Below are positions 24,644-37,400 of a DNA stretch of 64,000 nt, one piece after another. The notes under the pieces were generated by a model. That model did no database searches. It saw only the letters and a program-made list of their open reading frames with translations, and was not told the origin of the DNA. The position numbers and the translations under genes are program-made. The DNA is from Takakia lepidozioides. Its lineage: Eukaryota > Plantae > Bryophyta. Each line of letters opens with the position of its first letter. Positions within the stretch are counted from its first letter, which is position 1. The stretch lies in assembly GCA_030704615.1 (NCBI GenBank), contig CM060734.1:58838001-58902000 (forward strand), read 5' to 3'.

Positions 24644-27092
24644 TCATTCTGCACTTCTATTGCTTGCCCAACATAAACAGATCCCTTGATTGAATGCAAT
24701 GTGCAGGTTTTCAAAATACACATCAGTGGTTTGTGTATTATGTGGTTTGTGCACGATGAGACCAGGGGCTGTCAACTTACTGTACCAACCAAAAACTACA
24801 GGGAAAAGGGGCCAGAATGGTACCCCGGGTCCGCATTGGAAAGGGCCAGCATATGCTGTCAAGGTTGCCACATAGGAAGATGGCTGTGCTGTAAAACTTG
24901 TGGCCTTAGCATACAAGGATGAATCAACATTAGCTGCTCCAGAGTCAGTAAAGAAGGCACCATTCAAGAACGAGTCACCTGAGGATTGCCAATTCCAGTT
25001 CTCCCAGCCTCCATAGTTATTACCCCCATCATCCACACGTTTGGTCACCTGTGGCCACCAATGTTGCTTCTTGTCACAATCTGGGAGGGTTAACCAACTC
25101 ACAAATCAACTTGAAACCATTCAATTTACTTGAGCTCTCATATTTACAAAATTTGATTTTAATAGTGGATATAAATCTGATGATGTAGCATGCATGCAAA
25201 ATGGTTAGCAGTGTGAGAGGACCAGACAAAAACCCACCTCCTTTGAACTGCTGTCGTCAGGGGCCAAGAAGCGGTTTCCTTCACTGAGGATGGTGGGAGC
25301 TTCACTGCCTCCAATGGCATACATTTCCCATTGAGCGTAGTCGTTGTTCATTACATGGAAATAGCCAAATCTGCATCTGCACATTATGGAGATAACAGAC
25401 TTCTCCTTCAGAAAGGTTGGGAACTGACTCTCTCTTCAACCACAAGAATAGTTCACTGAGAGGAAGGAGGCTCAGTATATGACTAGCAACTCCAATGGGC
25501 CTCCCCCCAGACTTCTTTTGATCCTATTAAGGGTCTAGTTTATAGACTTAGGCACCTTTGTGGGGGGGGGGTGGACATGTAGTTTTCTCTACTATCACTC
25601 ATTCGCAAGTTTTGAAACTTCCACAAGATCAGCAACATATACCTTTTCAAACCAGGAAACCTGGTGGCCTCTTAAGAGCAGAAAGATAAAGAATCTGTAC
25701 TTACCTTGGCATGCGCTGGACAAGGCCTGGTCCAAAATGATTATAGGCGACAGTCACCTGCATAACCTTGTCGAAGGTATCCTCTGGGTGAGCACCAAGC
25801 AGCATCACCTGTATGGTCCCCACAATAAGGGCAGTAATAAGGTTCACATGGGCTGCCATTCATCGAATTAGTGAGCAAGCTGGAAACATTGACAAGAGAT
25901 GTTTTCCTGCTGGCCTCCAAAATTAGCGCTGTGATGCAAAAGGAAGACAAGTGCTGCCCATAATCACACATGCACACCCATCAGAGTCATGTCTGTACCA
26001 TATCATGTTTAGTGAAGTAGTTGTTGGAGATGGTAATGGCCGTGGAACCTTCAATGGCACTGATCAACAAGTGCTCACATTTGGCGAGGAGCAAGTGGTC
26101 CAACCAAATGTTGGAGGCTCCAAAAATGCTCACTGCGCTTCCGTCGGACTGCAATCTCTGACCATAATGCGTGGGTGAACTGCGCACAAAGGCCGGGCCT
26201 GTGGGGACGCAGTCATAGATCTGGATACCATGGATAATGATGTTGTTTATGTACTGTATGGTTATTCCTGCACCCCCTGCGATGTGGACATTGGCCCCTC
26301 TGCCATCAATAGTCTTGTAGCTGTTCATGATTAGTTCCTGCTGGAGTTTGATGATCATGTTTCGTTCAAAGATAATCCAGAGAGGCTCCTCCTGGATGAC
26401 TGCCCACCGCAATGTGCCGTTGGTTGGGTTTACGGCATCGTCGTCACTGTCATCAGTAACTACATATATCTGCCCATGCTTGCCACCGATGGCATTCTCG
26501 CCGAATCCAATCGCACAGTCAGCAAAGGACTGGCGGTTCTGCTCCCACTGAGGATCACATCTCCAGCAATCATCAATGGGATTCCCTGTGCTACAACCAT
26601 CCCCCAAAATCCTGCGATACGAGTTTGTGCTGCAAAGTACAAATTTTCAGACTAGTCAACCTTCAAACCGGGCAACTGTAAAAAGCCATGAGCGATTAGA
26701 GAACTCAACTCAGTTGTCTCGAAACATACCAGCAAGCTACTTCTATCCACAGGAAAGATCGAGGATTCAAAAAATCCAACCAGCTAACCAAAATTTAAGA
26801 TCAAGATTCCAATTTGAAGACCAGTCGTTCTCCAAAAATATGATTTAAGAGGTTGCCAGTCTCACCTGTAATCCACGAACTGCGTTGGCTGCTGCCGAGG
26901 TTCAGCCATCGTCGATCCTATTGTCGCCCCAATGGCAATTTTGATAGAAGACTCGGCTGAAGTGGTTTTATGCGAGGATGCCATGGGTCTGGAGGCATGG
27001 CATTGCAGCGGTGAAGGAATCATAAAAAGCAAATAGAACAACAGAACCTGTTTTCCGCAGAAGATGGCCATGTCGTTGAAGTCCTTATTCAT
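24644..27092 (-). CDS. Pectate lyase-like protein (PL1), 5 exons: 27092-26866, 26629-25999, 25808-25705, 25376-25238, 25048-24644
   Basis: Signal-peptide-like N-terminus; [52 protein letters not shown]; GT-AG introns in frame. Confidence 0.95.
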
Positions 27093-29235
27093 GAAGATAG
27101 CTGTGTTATAACATTGAGAACATTGGCTGGTACGCTATGAAGACCTCCATTGGCGTGACTGCGCTCTCTGTGTTTGCCTTTTTCCTACCGGGAAATGCTG
27201 CATTGTAACAAGGATCGAGACATTGTGTGAAGGCTGAATAAAAATTCGAGACGAACCTACTCACCCAAGAAACTACACTATATGGGAATCAAGAGAATGT
27301 GGAGCTCTCTCTCTATATGTTTTGAATATCTGGAGTATATATGTTGCAATTTCTCCCTAGCATGATCAATGGAAGTAGCTAACGCTGAGACATCCTCTCG
27401 AAGATCAGGTTGGAAATGGAAGCCTGAAACTTAGCTGAACTGAAAACTACTCACATCTGGCTGTGGCAAAAATGGACCTCCTGTTATTGGGAATCTCTCG
27501 GAGGGGCCCGCAAGAATGAGCTTCAATATCTCCGGTCACAATCTTTGGATGATGGTCACTCACTCACTCTTACTGTGGACTTCCACTGGCTGTTCATGGT
27601 TGTTCAGTGACTGCATTTCGGATGTTTCTATCTCAACTTTGCTGGTCTCTCTGTCCGCTACAGGCGTGATTGTTCCAACTTCCTCGTTCTTTCTTCAGTG
27701 GATATAATCAGCTACAACCAAGAGCGGTCTTTCTCTACCTTCTGCGATAGAGCCTCTCTCTACAAAAGCTTCTGGGTCGATGTAGCGGAATCTGAAGTCT
27801 CACATATCTATCTCTAGAGCTTTCTTTCTCTCTCTCAATCAGTCCTTCGAGCTCCACTCAGCACCTCAGTGTCGTAACTGTACTTTTGAAAGAGAATGGA
27901 CAATCGAAACCGTGGCCACACACTTCAGAAAGAATTTCCTGGGCCCACAATCGAAGGACAAAGGAGGTGATGATCACATCACCTACATTCAATCAATGCA
28001 GGTGGATTACCGTCTCTTCCTCATACTCTGTGGATCCCCGAGACTGCCCACCTATCTCGCATCGGAGGGAACGAGTAACGACTGCAGTCACTAGAGAAAA
28101 GAGCGCTAAAACACTGACTGCAACTGACTGCAGCTGAAAACACGAGTATTCGGTACATGGGCTGCGACTGACACACACATATGCCATGATGATTGTGGTT
28201 TACCAAAGGATGCAAGCCCATTGGACCGAAGTGTAAGGCCGCCGCCAAGTACCACAGCCGCCCGTGCCACCGATCATTCCTCGACTGTCGGAATCACAAA
28301 TACATTATACTTCGCAGCAGAGTGATCACAAGGAACTTATGGTTTCAGATTGTTGAGATATCGATGATGGGTCCTCTTCACAGTCTCTTCCTCTTCTATT
28401 TTTCTGCTCTACTTACAACCAGTCACAATCCCCCATATGAAAGAGAGTCTAGACATTGGGTTTTGAACTTCGCATGAGATTCTTATTAGTACTACAGGGT
28501 TTTATGAGAGCTGTTTTTTTGTTTGTGAGGAATGATTGTGGGCAAGTGAGACGAGTCTAAGTTGGAATTTTGCCAAGCGACAGTACATACTTAGAGCTAA
28601 GAAACTACCAAACAGTTGACAGTGATTTCGGAGGGAATTGCAATGAGAAAAAGCATGAAAAGCAAGAGTATGGAGTCCACCAGAAGACGGATCCATCTCT
28701 TTCCAAGAAGCCCAGTGTTGTTGTAAAAGTATGGCAAACTCTTCATTGAAAGTTGCAATGATGGTTGTTGTCTCCCTCTTCTTTTTTCTTCTTGTCATTC
28801 ATCCCCAAAGTTTTTCTCTTCCTCCAGTCCCATGGATGGCAGGGGCTGGGGGGTGTTTTTAGACTATAACAACAGTGTCCTTTACCTGACACATTCGTTA
28901 GCCACAGCTATGGGTTTCTCGTACCGAGTTCTGTTAGCTATTGGAATCCTGTCACAGTAGTGAATGGCAACCCCGGAGCCTTGGGGAGCTCGGAACAATC
29001 GGATCGAAGGAAAGTGTGAAGCGAGGAGGGAATGAGGCTTGTGGGTCTGTCAATGGTGGAAGTGGGGAGGCAGAGAATAGGGAGGAGACGGGTGAGCGGA
29101 TTGAGGGATTGATGTATGCAATGCATTTCACAGGATTCTTGCGTGAAGATCTGATCTGATCATTTCTGTTGAACGGTGAGTGAGGGAGAGAGAGGGAGAG
29201 AGAGATATATAGAAGTGGGGAGGAGAGAAGGTGGG

Positions 29236-30679
29236 ATGGCAAGCACGGCGTGCTTTGTGATCGTGTCGCGCAACGACTGCCCTATCTACGAGAGCGAGGT
29301 CGGCACTGCACCCAAGGTACCCTAAAACTCTGATGATTGTTGGCTGAGAAGAAAGAGTTGCAAGTGACACGGCCACTGTGGAATCCAATCTCAAACAATG
29401 TAAGCGGTATAAGCAAACGAAATTTGTGACTCGCGCAGGATAATACCTCACCCATGGTTAATATGGTGTCCTAGTTTGGAATGCAGTCCCATGTAAGTGA
29501 ACAGCGTCCTTATCCAGGCTTTTTTCAGGAGGATTTTTTCTTGCATTTGGATGTTTGTTGTGAGGAAGAATATATTGAGGGGGCAGTAAAATGACCAAAG
29601 CGGCAGTTGTCGAAAGACTGAAGATGTATTGTCATTTGGTGAGGGGGTAGAAAGATGAGGCCGCGCACCTCCACCAGTTCATATTGCACGCCTCCCTTGA
29701 CATTGTCCAGGACGTCGTCTGGACCACCCATGCCATGTAGGCCTCTCTTTCTCTCTTTCATTCTCCATTTTCTGTAGAACCAGCTAGAGGGGTAGTTTTC
29801 TGCACCCATGCAGTGTGCACGTGAAATGCCACTTGGTTCAGTGCAAAGCATTGGGTGTGTGGTCTGTGATTAGGAGCAGAACGCAAGCCATACTAAGTTG
29901 TTCTGTCAGATCCTAGCAGTGCTTGGTGTGGTAAGACATTGGGCAAGCTGGGTGGCAGGTTCTTGAAAGTGGTGGATAAGTTCAATGATTTGCTGGTATC
30001 CGTATATGTGACTGCAGGCCATATCCTTCACACACTCTCTTTGTATTCAGCATATGTGGAATTTCCTGAATGTCTGTATGTCTTGCTAAATTACAGCTTG
30101 TGTAGGCTTATGGTGTATGTTGTGTTTGGGTACAAGGAATGTGTTTAGCTTGTTTAGGAGGATCTGGACAAAGACAGTAGCCAGACTGTACGGTGGGGAG
30201 GGAATGTGATTATCCCATGGACCATTCCTGCCGGATGTTGGCTGTGATGTACCCTGGAGGGTAGAAGGATGGAGAGGGTTGGGAGAGAGTGAAGAAAGAT
30301 ACATGTTCATGCGTCCTAGGTTGAGAGAACAGAGATGGAGAAGTTTTTCTTTGACTGGCCAGAAACACATACACGGTTGATGCTGCTGCATGACTCACGC
30401 AACGAAGATGGCATCAAAAACTTTTTCCAGGAGGTTCATGAGCTCTACATCAAGGTTAGTGGCATGCTGGTTCCTACCAATTGAACTGTTAGCTCAAAGA
30501 AAACTTATAGATACCTGTAGTTAATGCAGTACTGTTATGGTCAAATTTTGACTCTTTCTGTGGGTGATTTGTTGTGCTTTTTGCAGCTGTTGTTAAATCC
30601 TCTTTACATACCTGGTTCACGCATAACATCTGCATTTTTTGACACCCGGGTCCGGGCTCTTGCAAGAAAATATCTTTAG
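29236..30679 (+). CDS. TRAPPC2: TRAPP complex subunit 2 (sedlin), exons 29236-29316, 29651-29736, 29959-30020, 30369-30454, 30587-30679
   Basis: Spliced translation [79 protein letters not shown]. Confidence 0.96.
30021..30368 (+). other. U12-type AT-AC intron
   Basis: 5' ATATCCTT, branch-like TTCTTTGAC about 14 nt from the 3' AC; removal restores the His codon C|AT. Confidence 0.92.
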
Positions 30680-31469
30680 ACATGCCCATAGCAGGTGTCA
30701 AAGAATTGCAAAAACAGCGGCCCCAAAATCACGCAAGCTTTGGAGGGCTGAAGATTCAATCAGATGTACTTGAAGGATTGTCAAATATGTGGAGCTGGCC
30801 TGTTAGAGTCTGTATTGTAGGCTGTCAACATACAGTTTTGGTGAGATCATGTAGCAGCTTATTGGCATTAATTGCAGTCATGGCAGCCACTACTGGACAG
30901 GAACCAACTGAGAAAGAAATGTCGTCTCTCTTCCCATATACAACTGCTATGTGAAGAATTATGTAGAATCAAATGCGAGTGCAGTCGGGCTTACTGCTAC
31001 AGGTCTGGTGGAACTGATTGCTTCAAAAGCTTTCAGGACAACAATTGCTTATTTTTACGATGCTAGGCTTGGGTGCAGTATTATGAAACTGAGATTCTTA
31101 TGGTAGCGTTCGACACTTACTAAAGAGCTTAAAGTGAAGCACATCACAAAGAGTCAGGTTAGCTAACTTTTTACTCAGCTCTCAGATGTAGAAAGAAAAC
31201 ATTGTAAGCCACTTCATGCAAATTTATGCCAACCATCTGTCAAAGACTGCTTGATTAGGCATAGCCATTATTCTTTGTTCACACAGGTGGCTTTACTACA
31301 GCCAAGGGATTGACAGAGGTTCAAAATTTATGGCCAACAGCTCATATACAATACACTAACTGCAGATCCAAATCCTCCCTATTCTCCTTCTCGACATTTT
31401 TCCAACCCCATTTGAGGTGAGAGGTATGAAAATTTGACTAATCTAGCTTTGTAGCAGGCCCCTCAAAGC

Positions 31470-34400
31470 CTAAGAGGGAGCGCCCAAGTATGAAGCCAGC
31501 CGCAAAAGGTCACTGAACACCCCTCCTGCTGTTACTTCTGCCCCAGCGCCAGGGCCTCTCACAATAAGAGGTTGCCTTGAATATCTCGTGGTGGTGAACG
31601 CGATAATGTTGTCACTGCCTGTGAGCTGTGCAAATGCATGTGATTTCGGGTACTTCCGGAGCTCAACCCTTCCCTGATTGGCTACCGTGTCCACCACTCC
31701 TACATACCGCAGTACCTGCAAGAGAGACTTGGAATTTTCAATCTGATACACTCCAGATTTCAAATGCTAAGATGCTTTGAATTATTACCAAAGCAGAACA
31801 GAGGAATGAAATAGTTCCTACCTCGCCTGCAGCTTCTGCCTCTTGTCGCTGTAGCTCGATCTCATGGTCATACTCCCCAAGTTTCTGTAGAAACTCCTCT
31901 GCTGAGTTCAGCCCCTGCAGTTTGCCCATAAGTTTTTAATGAAGAGAATGACAGTCAACAGGAAAGGCGCCGCTTTCACTCAAAACCTTTGGAACAGTCC
32001 CATTATAAAAAATGAACGGGAATATTTACAGGGAAGAGGGAAAAGTTGGCTGCTTATGGTTTGCAGGCAGGGGGGAGATTTTACCTGTAGAGGCTCTGGA
32101 ACCAAACTCTGAACGGGGATGTCATCAAGCTCCAACCTCAAACCAGACTCACGCGCAAGAATTATCACCTGAGAAATGTGACAGGCTGTGATTATCAGGC
32201 ATAAATTCTCTCTTGTAGTTGCACACTTTCTATAGCTAGTAAGTGTGCACTGACAAATTAACTTTCACAAATATAGGAGGCGATGAAGGAGATCCATCTG
32301 GAATGATCTTTAAATTTAAACCTGTAGATTGAAATAGGATATGAAATCAAATTGCAGAATCAAAGGGAAAATTACCAAAAATTACAAATGAGTTTAACTA
32401 ATGAAGTTACCTTCCGAGCAACATCCATGCCAGAGAGATCGTCCCTTGGGTCAGGCTCTGTGTAACCAGCCGCCTTTGCCTCTGCAACAATTTGACTGAA
32501 GGAAGTTTCTCCAGTGAAACTATTAAAGATGTAGCTCAGTGTGCCACTGCATCATCACCATTGGATCTCGTATAAGTCAAGAGAGAATGCGGCACATCAA
32601 ACAAATGGGAAATTGTATAGGCAAGTATGGCTGGCAATAAATGGTCTTGCCAACAGTCAATACTGTACTCATGCCATTCCCTGTGGACATTAGCTTGTCA
32701 TAGCCTTACGGTCGGCAACCCTGTGGGAAACTAACCCTCCCAGAACCTTTTGTGGGGTTCGCACCCACCGGAGTTTAGCTTATCCCCACAGCTCACTGCA
32801 GGTATAAACTTATTTTTCACTAACTGCCATTAAGGTGCTCACAGAGGCACTTATCCGCACGCCAACTCGACAGCCTGGTTGCAGAGGTTATTGATTTTAG
32901 TTTAACAAAAATGACATGCATGGGAAAGGCAACTGCCCGTCACTCTGGGTTGTGTGCAGGGCGGCAATGCAGTTAATAAATACGGAGAGAGGTCTTCATC
33001 TTCCTCTTGTGATAGCAGAACCAATACAGCCACAAGATTGACTGATATGGAGAATGGGAGAATTGAACTTCCGAGTCCAAGGCCTACTGCTCACACTCAT
33101 TACGTAATTGGCCACCTTACAAGTGGTTGTGGGTTCAAAGCCATCCCGGCCACTGCTGAGAGAGAAAGAAGCAAAGATTTTTTTGTGTCTGTGTACTTCA
33201 AAGCTACATAGGTGTATGTTGGAACCCAGCTACTCAACTTTCCCTGGCTCATACGATCTGGACCATTGGGTGTTGGCAGATTATTTTGTGGAAACTTGGG
33301 CCTGATATTCCTCAACTTTTTGGACTTGGCTATTGCTGCAGTGTTGACATGTGTAAGCCTCGCACAGGCCAACTACGTTAAGTAACGGCCATTGGTTGGC
33401 AAATTCCCTGAAATCATCCTACTTGCCACTGCCGTGGCTCATTGCATTATTTTATATCTACACCAACAACAATCACTAAGAGACAGTTAAGATGAGAGTC
33501 ACAAGTTATTTACCTGAAAACACCTTCAACCCTCTCTATGTTGTCACCGGTTTCAAGGAGACCTCGTAGAGTGCTGATAATTGGAAGCCCTGCTCCAACA
33601 GTGGCTTCATAGAAATAATGGGTGTATGATTGCCGCTGCAGCTCTCTTAGTCGCAAATACTGAAAAAATATTCACAGGGGAAATTACCAATGCCCACCTA
33701 TCAGAATAAGGAGAACAGTATGACGGAATGACAGACTTTTGACTTCATACATTGATGCTGGGTAAATAGTTCTCACTAAGCTCACAGCATCTCCTCTACC
33801 AGAGTGATCTTCACTCAAATGTAGATCCACACAGACACTCTCAGACAAAAAGGAGAACTGTGCTAAGCTGCAGCTCAACATGATTGCACTGTCAGGTACG
33901 AAAAGGGAGTCTCCAACCAATATAAGAGATACAGAGGCAGGAGTTTCACCTGGTCAAGAGGACCCGAGTTTGCTTTCTTGTTTGGTGTTATGATGTGGAT
34001 GCCCTTCTTGAGCCACTGGAAATAATTCTCAGCTACATCAGCACTGGCTGTGCAGTCTATAATCACACTATTGGGTATAAAGTGATTTTCCTTCACATGC
34101 GTTGTGAACTTAGTCATGTCAGCGCTATCTCCCTGTCCAGCCAGCAATTCTCTCCATTGTGACAAGTCTATACCCCTGCATTCCAATGTAAAAATTCCTC
34201 AACTACACCAACTCGAAGCATGGAGAAATAGCTGGAGATGCCATATGCCATCATAACTATACAGCTGTGGTCTTATGAAGTGGGTGCTGGCCTGGTCGAC
34301 CAAAATCTCCTGAACTCCAGACCTACTACAAGTTCTCATGGAAGCTGATTGAGTTGAGTTGGTAGGGTGAACTTGCCCTTCACTAAGGAGCATCCTTTTT

Positions 34401-37400
34401 GGGTCAATTATGCCCGTCACCCGCAAGTCAATGTTGAACTCTTCCTTCAGAGTTGCTGCCTGCATCGAAAACGTGAATCAAGTGGAAGTGCAATGTCTGG
34501 TAGGCAGACTGAGGGATTCCATACAACCTCCATTTTTCTCACAATTTGTAGTTAAGTCAAATCCCATGGAACATTATTACGACATCTACCACCAAAAAGC
34601 AAAAGCAAAAGAGGACCTTCAAATAGGATAAGGTGCTTTTGAATATTCAGAACATTGCACCGTCCCTTTCAAGAAGAAGGGGAGCAGAGAGAGCAGAGCG
34701 CAAGAGTGCTAGAGACACAGACAGCATAAGGGAGAGAAAGATCTACATCTATGCAAGACAACAAAAGCAGAAGGTTCTCAAAGATGAAATGAAATGGTGC
34801 TTTATAACGTCCGCAGAAAGCTCATAGAGCTTATGGGACAAAATGGAAGAAAACATGAGAGAGGAAACAAACCAGAGCCAAAAATAAAAACTATAAGTGA
34901 TTGTCTAAGGGTGAAGGCCTCGTGCAGGTAAGCTGCCAAGCATCATAGTGGAAGACTTCAGTGAGATGATAAGACCACCAGTCCACTCATATCCTAAAAC
35001 CTCCTCTCTGATATGCATGGCACCTGCATGAACTGGATAGACAAGGCACCTGGTCCTTGAACTGCTGCAAGAGGGTCCGCCCGATCAGACCAGGCCCCAC
35101 AATACCGACAGCCATGGTTGTCTTGGAGAGATAGAAGCGTGAATGCACAGCCTTTAGAGCCCTTACAGAATCATCCTGGTCCACCACCACCGTGATGTTG
35201 TATTCCGAGCATCCCTGTGCTATTGCCCTCACATTTATATTGGCCTGATATCATACATGCTAAAACACACTGATTAGATATTAGTGCAGGATAGGTTCTC
35301 CATCACTGCACAGGTAATTCATACATTTCCAACACCTTCCCCTAAAGACACTAAAGTTGGACATTGCAATCCTAACGGTGTGAAGCTGTCTGCGCATAAT
35401 CGAGCTTTTCAAAGAAAGGTGACCACAAACCAGGTCGTTACGTTTGGGTTCAACGCTGCACTAGAGAGACCCAGTGCAAACCGGTGACCATCATTGAAGC
35501 AAATGTAGGATGAAACTGACAAGCAAACTTGTCCAGCATAGACCAAACATACCTTCGCAAGAGCAGTGAAGAGGGTAGCACTGACACCAGGCGTGCTAGC
35601 CATCCGTTGCCCAACTGCTGCTAATATGCTGCAATTGTGCACTACATCCACCTGCATAACCAAGCAGCCTCTGGTATAAAGCCCATCCCATGTCTCTTTC
35701 TCTCTCTTCAACTTTATTCTTTTCTGATTGCAAGGAAAGGGGACCACCCAAGATGAAACTTATGTACCAAAAACCTCCTTTCGCTCTCTGGGCCTCCCGT
35801 GGATGATAAATTTCTTTCCAGTAAGGCAGTAAGGCAGTCAAGAAACTGCAAAATGGCAGGGCATTGGATATATCAGGGTTACCAAGTGAATTCCTCGAGC
35901 ACGCGGCAACGACTTTGGCACATCTCTTCAATGAAGCTGTGCAACATGGCTTTCCAACAGAGTGGACAAAGAGCATCATCCACCCTCTCTTCAAGAGTGG
36001 TGACAGGCCTCACACCGACCAACTATCGCACAATTATGGTGTCTTCCTTGCTGGCTAAACTGTTTGGGGCAGTAGGGGCCATGGAACTGGATGATTGGGC
36101 TGAATCCTCTCACGTGCGTGCTATTGGGCAAGCAGGCTTCCGTCGCAACCGATACACTCTTGACCACATTTTCACCCTTCAGACTATGGTGGAACGTGCA
36201 AGCTATGACACAAAATGGTGTATGTTTGCTTCGTAGACTTTTGAAAGGCTTCCGATTTGTTCCTCGAGACCTTCTCCAACGGCTCCACAGGATGAAGGTC
36301 CCTTTCGGACATCATATATGCCATCTTATCCATGTATGAGATTGTCATTGGCATGGTCAAAGTTGCGGGGGAATTTTCAGAAGTGGTGCATAGCAACGTT
36401 GGGGTCAAATAGGGCCGCCCCCTCTCACCTACCCTTTTCGGGATCTACATAGACGCTCTGGAAGGTTACATTTCAAAAAATAATGGAGTTGGGGTGCTTT
36501 TGGATGGGGGACCAACGCAGTCAGCACTTCTCTGTGCTGATGATGTTGCCCTCTTGGCACAATCTCCTGTCTTCCTACAACGCCATCTTCACATCCTGGA
36601 AAAACTCTCAAAGACTATGGGTTGCAGGTCAATCTTAGCAAAACCAAGATCATGGGTTTCAATGGCCATGCGGACCGCAGATTCATCTTCAACCAGAAGG
36701 AAGTTGAGATTGTCAAATCGTACAAGCACCTGGGTCTGGTTATCCACTCACCCAAATTCCATTTCGCCTCGACTGCTTTGGACAGATTGACAAAGGGCAA
36801 GGCTGCCTCCATCCGCCTTCAGGCCAAATGCAAACAGATACATCTGCACCACCCCCCAACCAAAACGTGGCTCTTTGACACTGTTGTCACCCCAGCCGCC
36901 ACTTATGGCTGTGAGCTCTGGGCACCTGGTGTCCCAGTTTCCTGGTGGGAGAAAAATCTGGAACCGTTGCAGTCATCTTTTCTCCAAGAAATGCTTGGCG
37001 CTAGAAGCACAACTCCATCACAGATCCTATGTGCAGAGTCTGCATGCGTGCCACTTCAAACCGAGGCCCTCTTCCGGCTTACAATCTTTCTTAAAAGGTT
37101 ACAAGGCCTTCCACCCAAAGGCCTTGTGGCAAGAGCCCCAACAACTTCGATTAGGCTCAAAACAGCAGGTTTCAAGGCCTCCTGGTATGCTCGGGTATGC
37201 AGTTTTTTTGAGCGCACTGGACTCTCTATTGCTTCCCTATTGCCACAAAATACAGAATGGGTGGAAATCACATCCAAACAAGATCGCAACAGACTCATCA
37301 GAAGAGAACTTATGGAACTACATGTCAGGAGAACTCGGAAGCTACCCACTCTCACAACAAGACTCCATTTCTATCGGGAGGCATTCTTGGTTCTCCGTGA

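Noticed and set aside
33050-33115. tRNA gene or SINE head in an AK-HSDH intron
   Set aside because: Only degenerate A/B boxes; no cloverleaf, tail or TSD visible.
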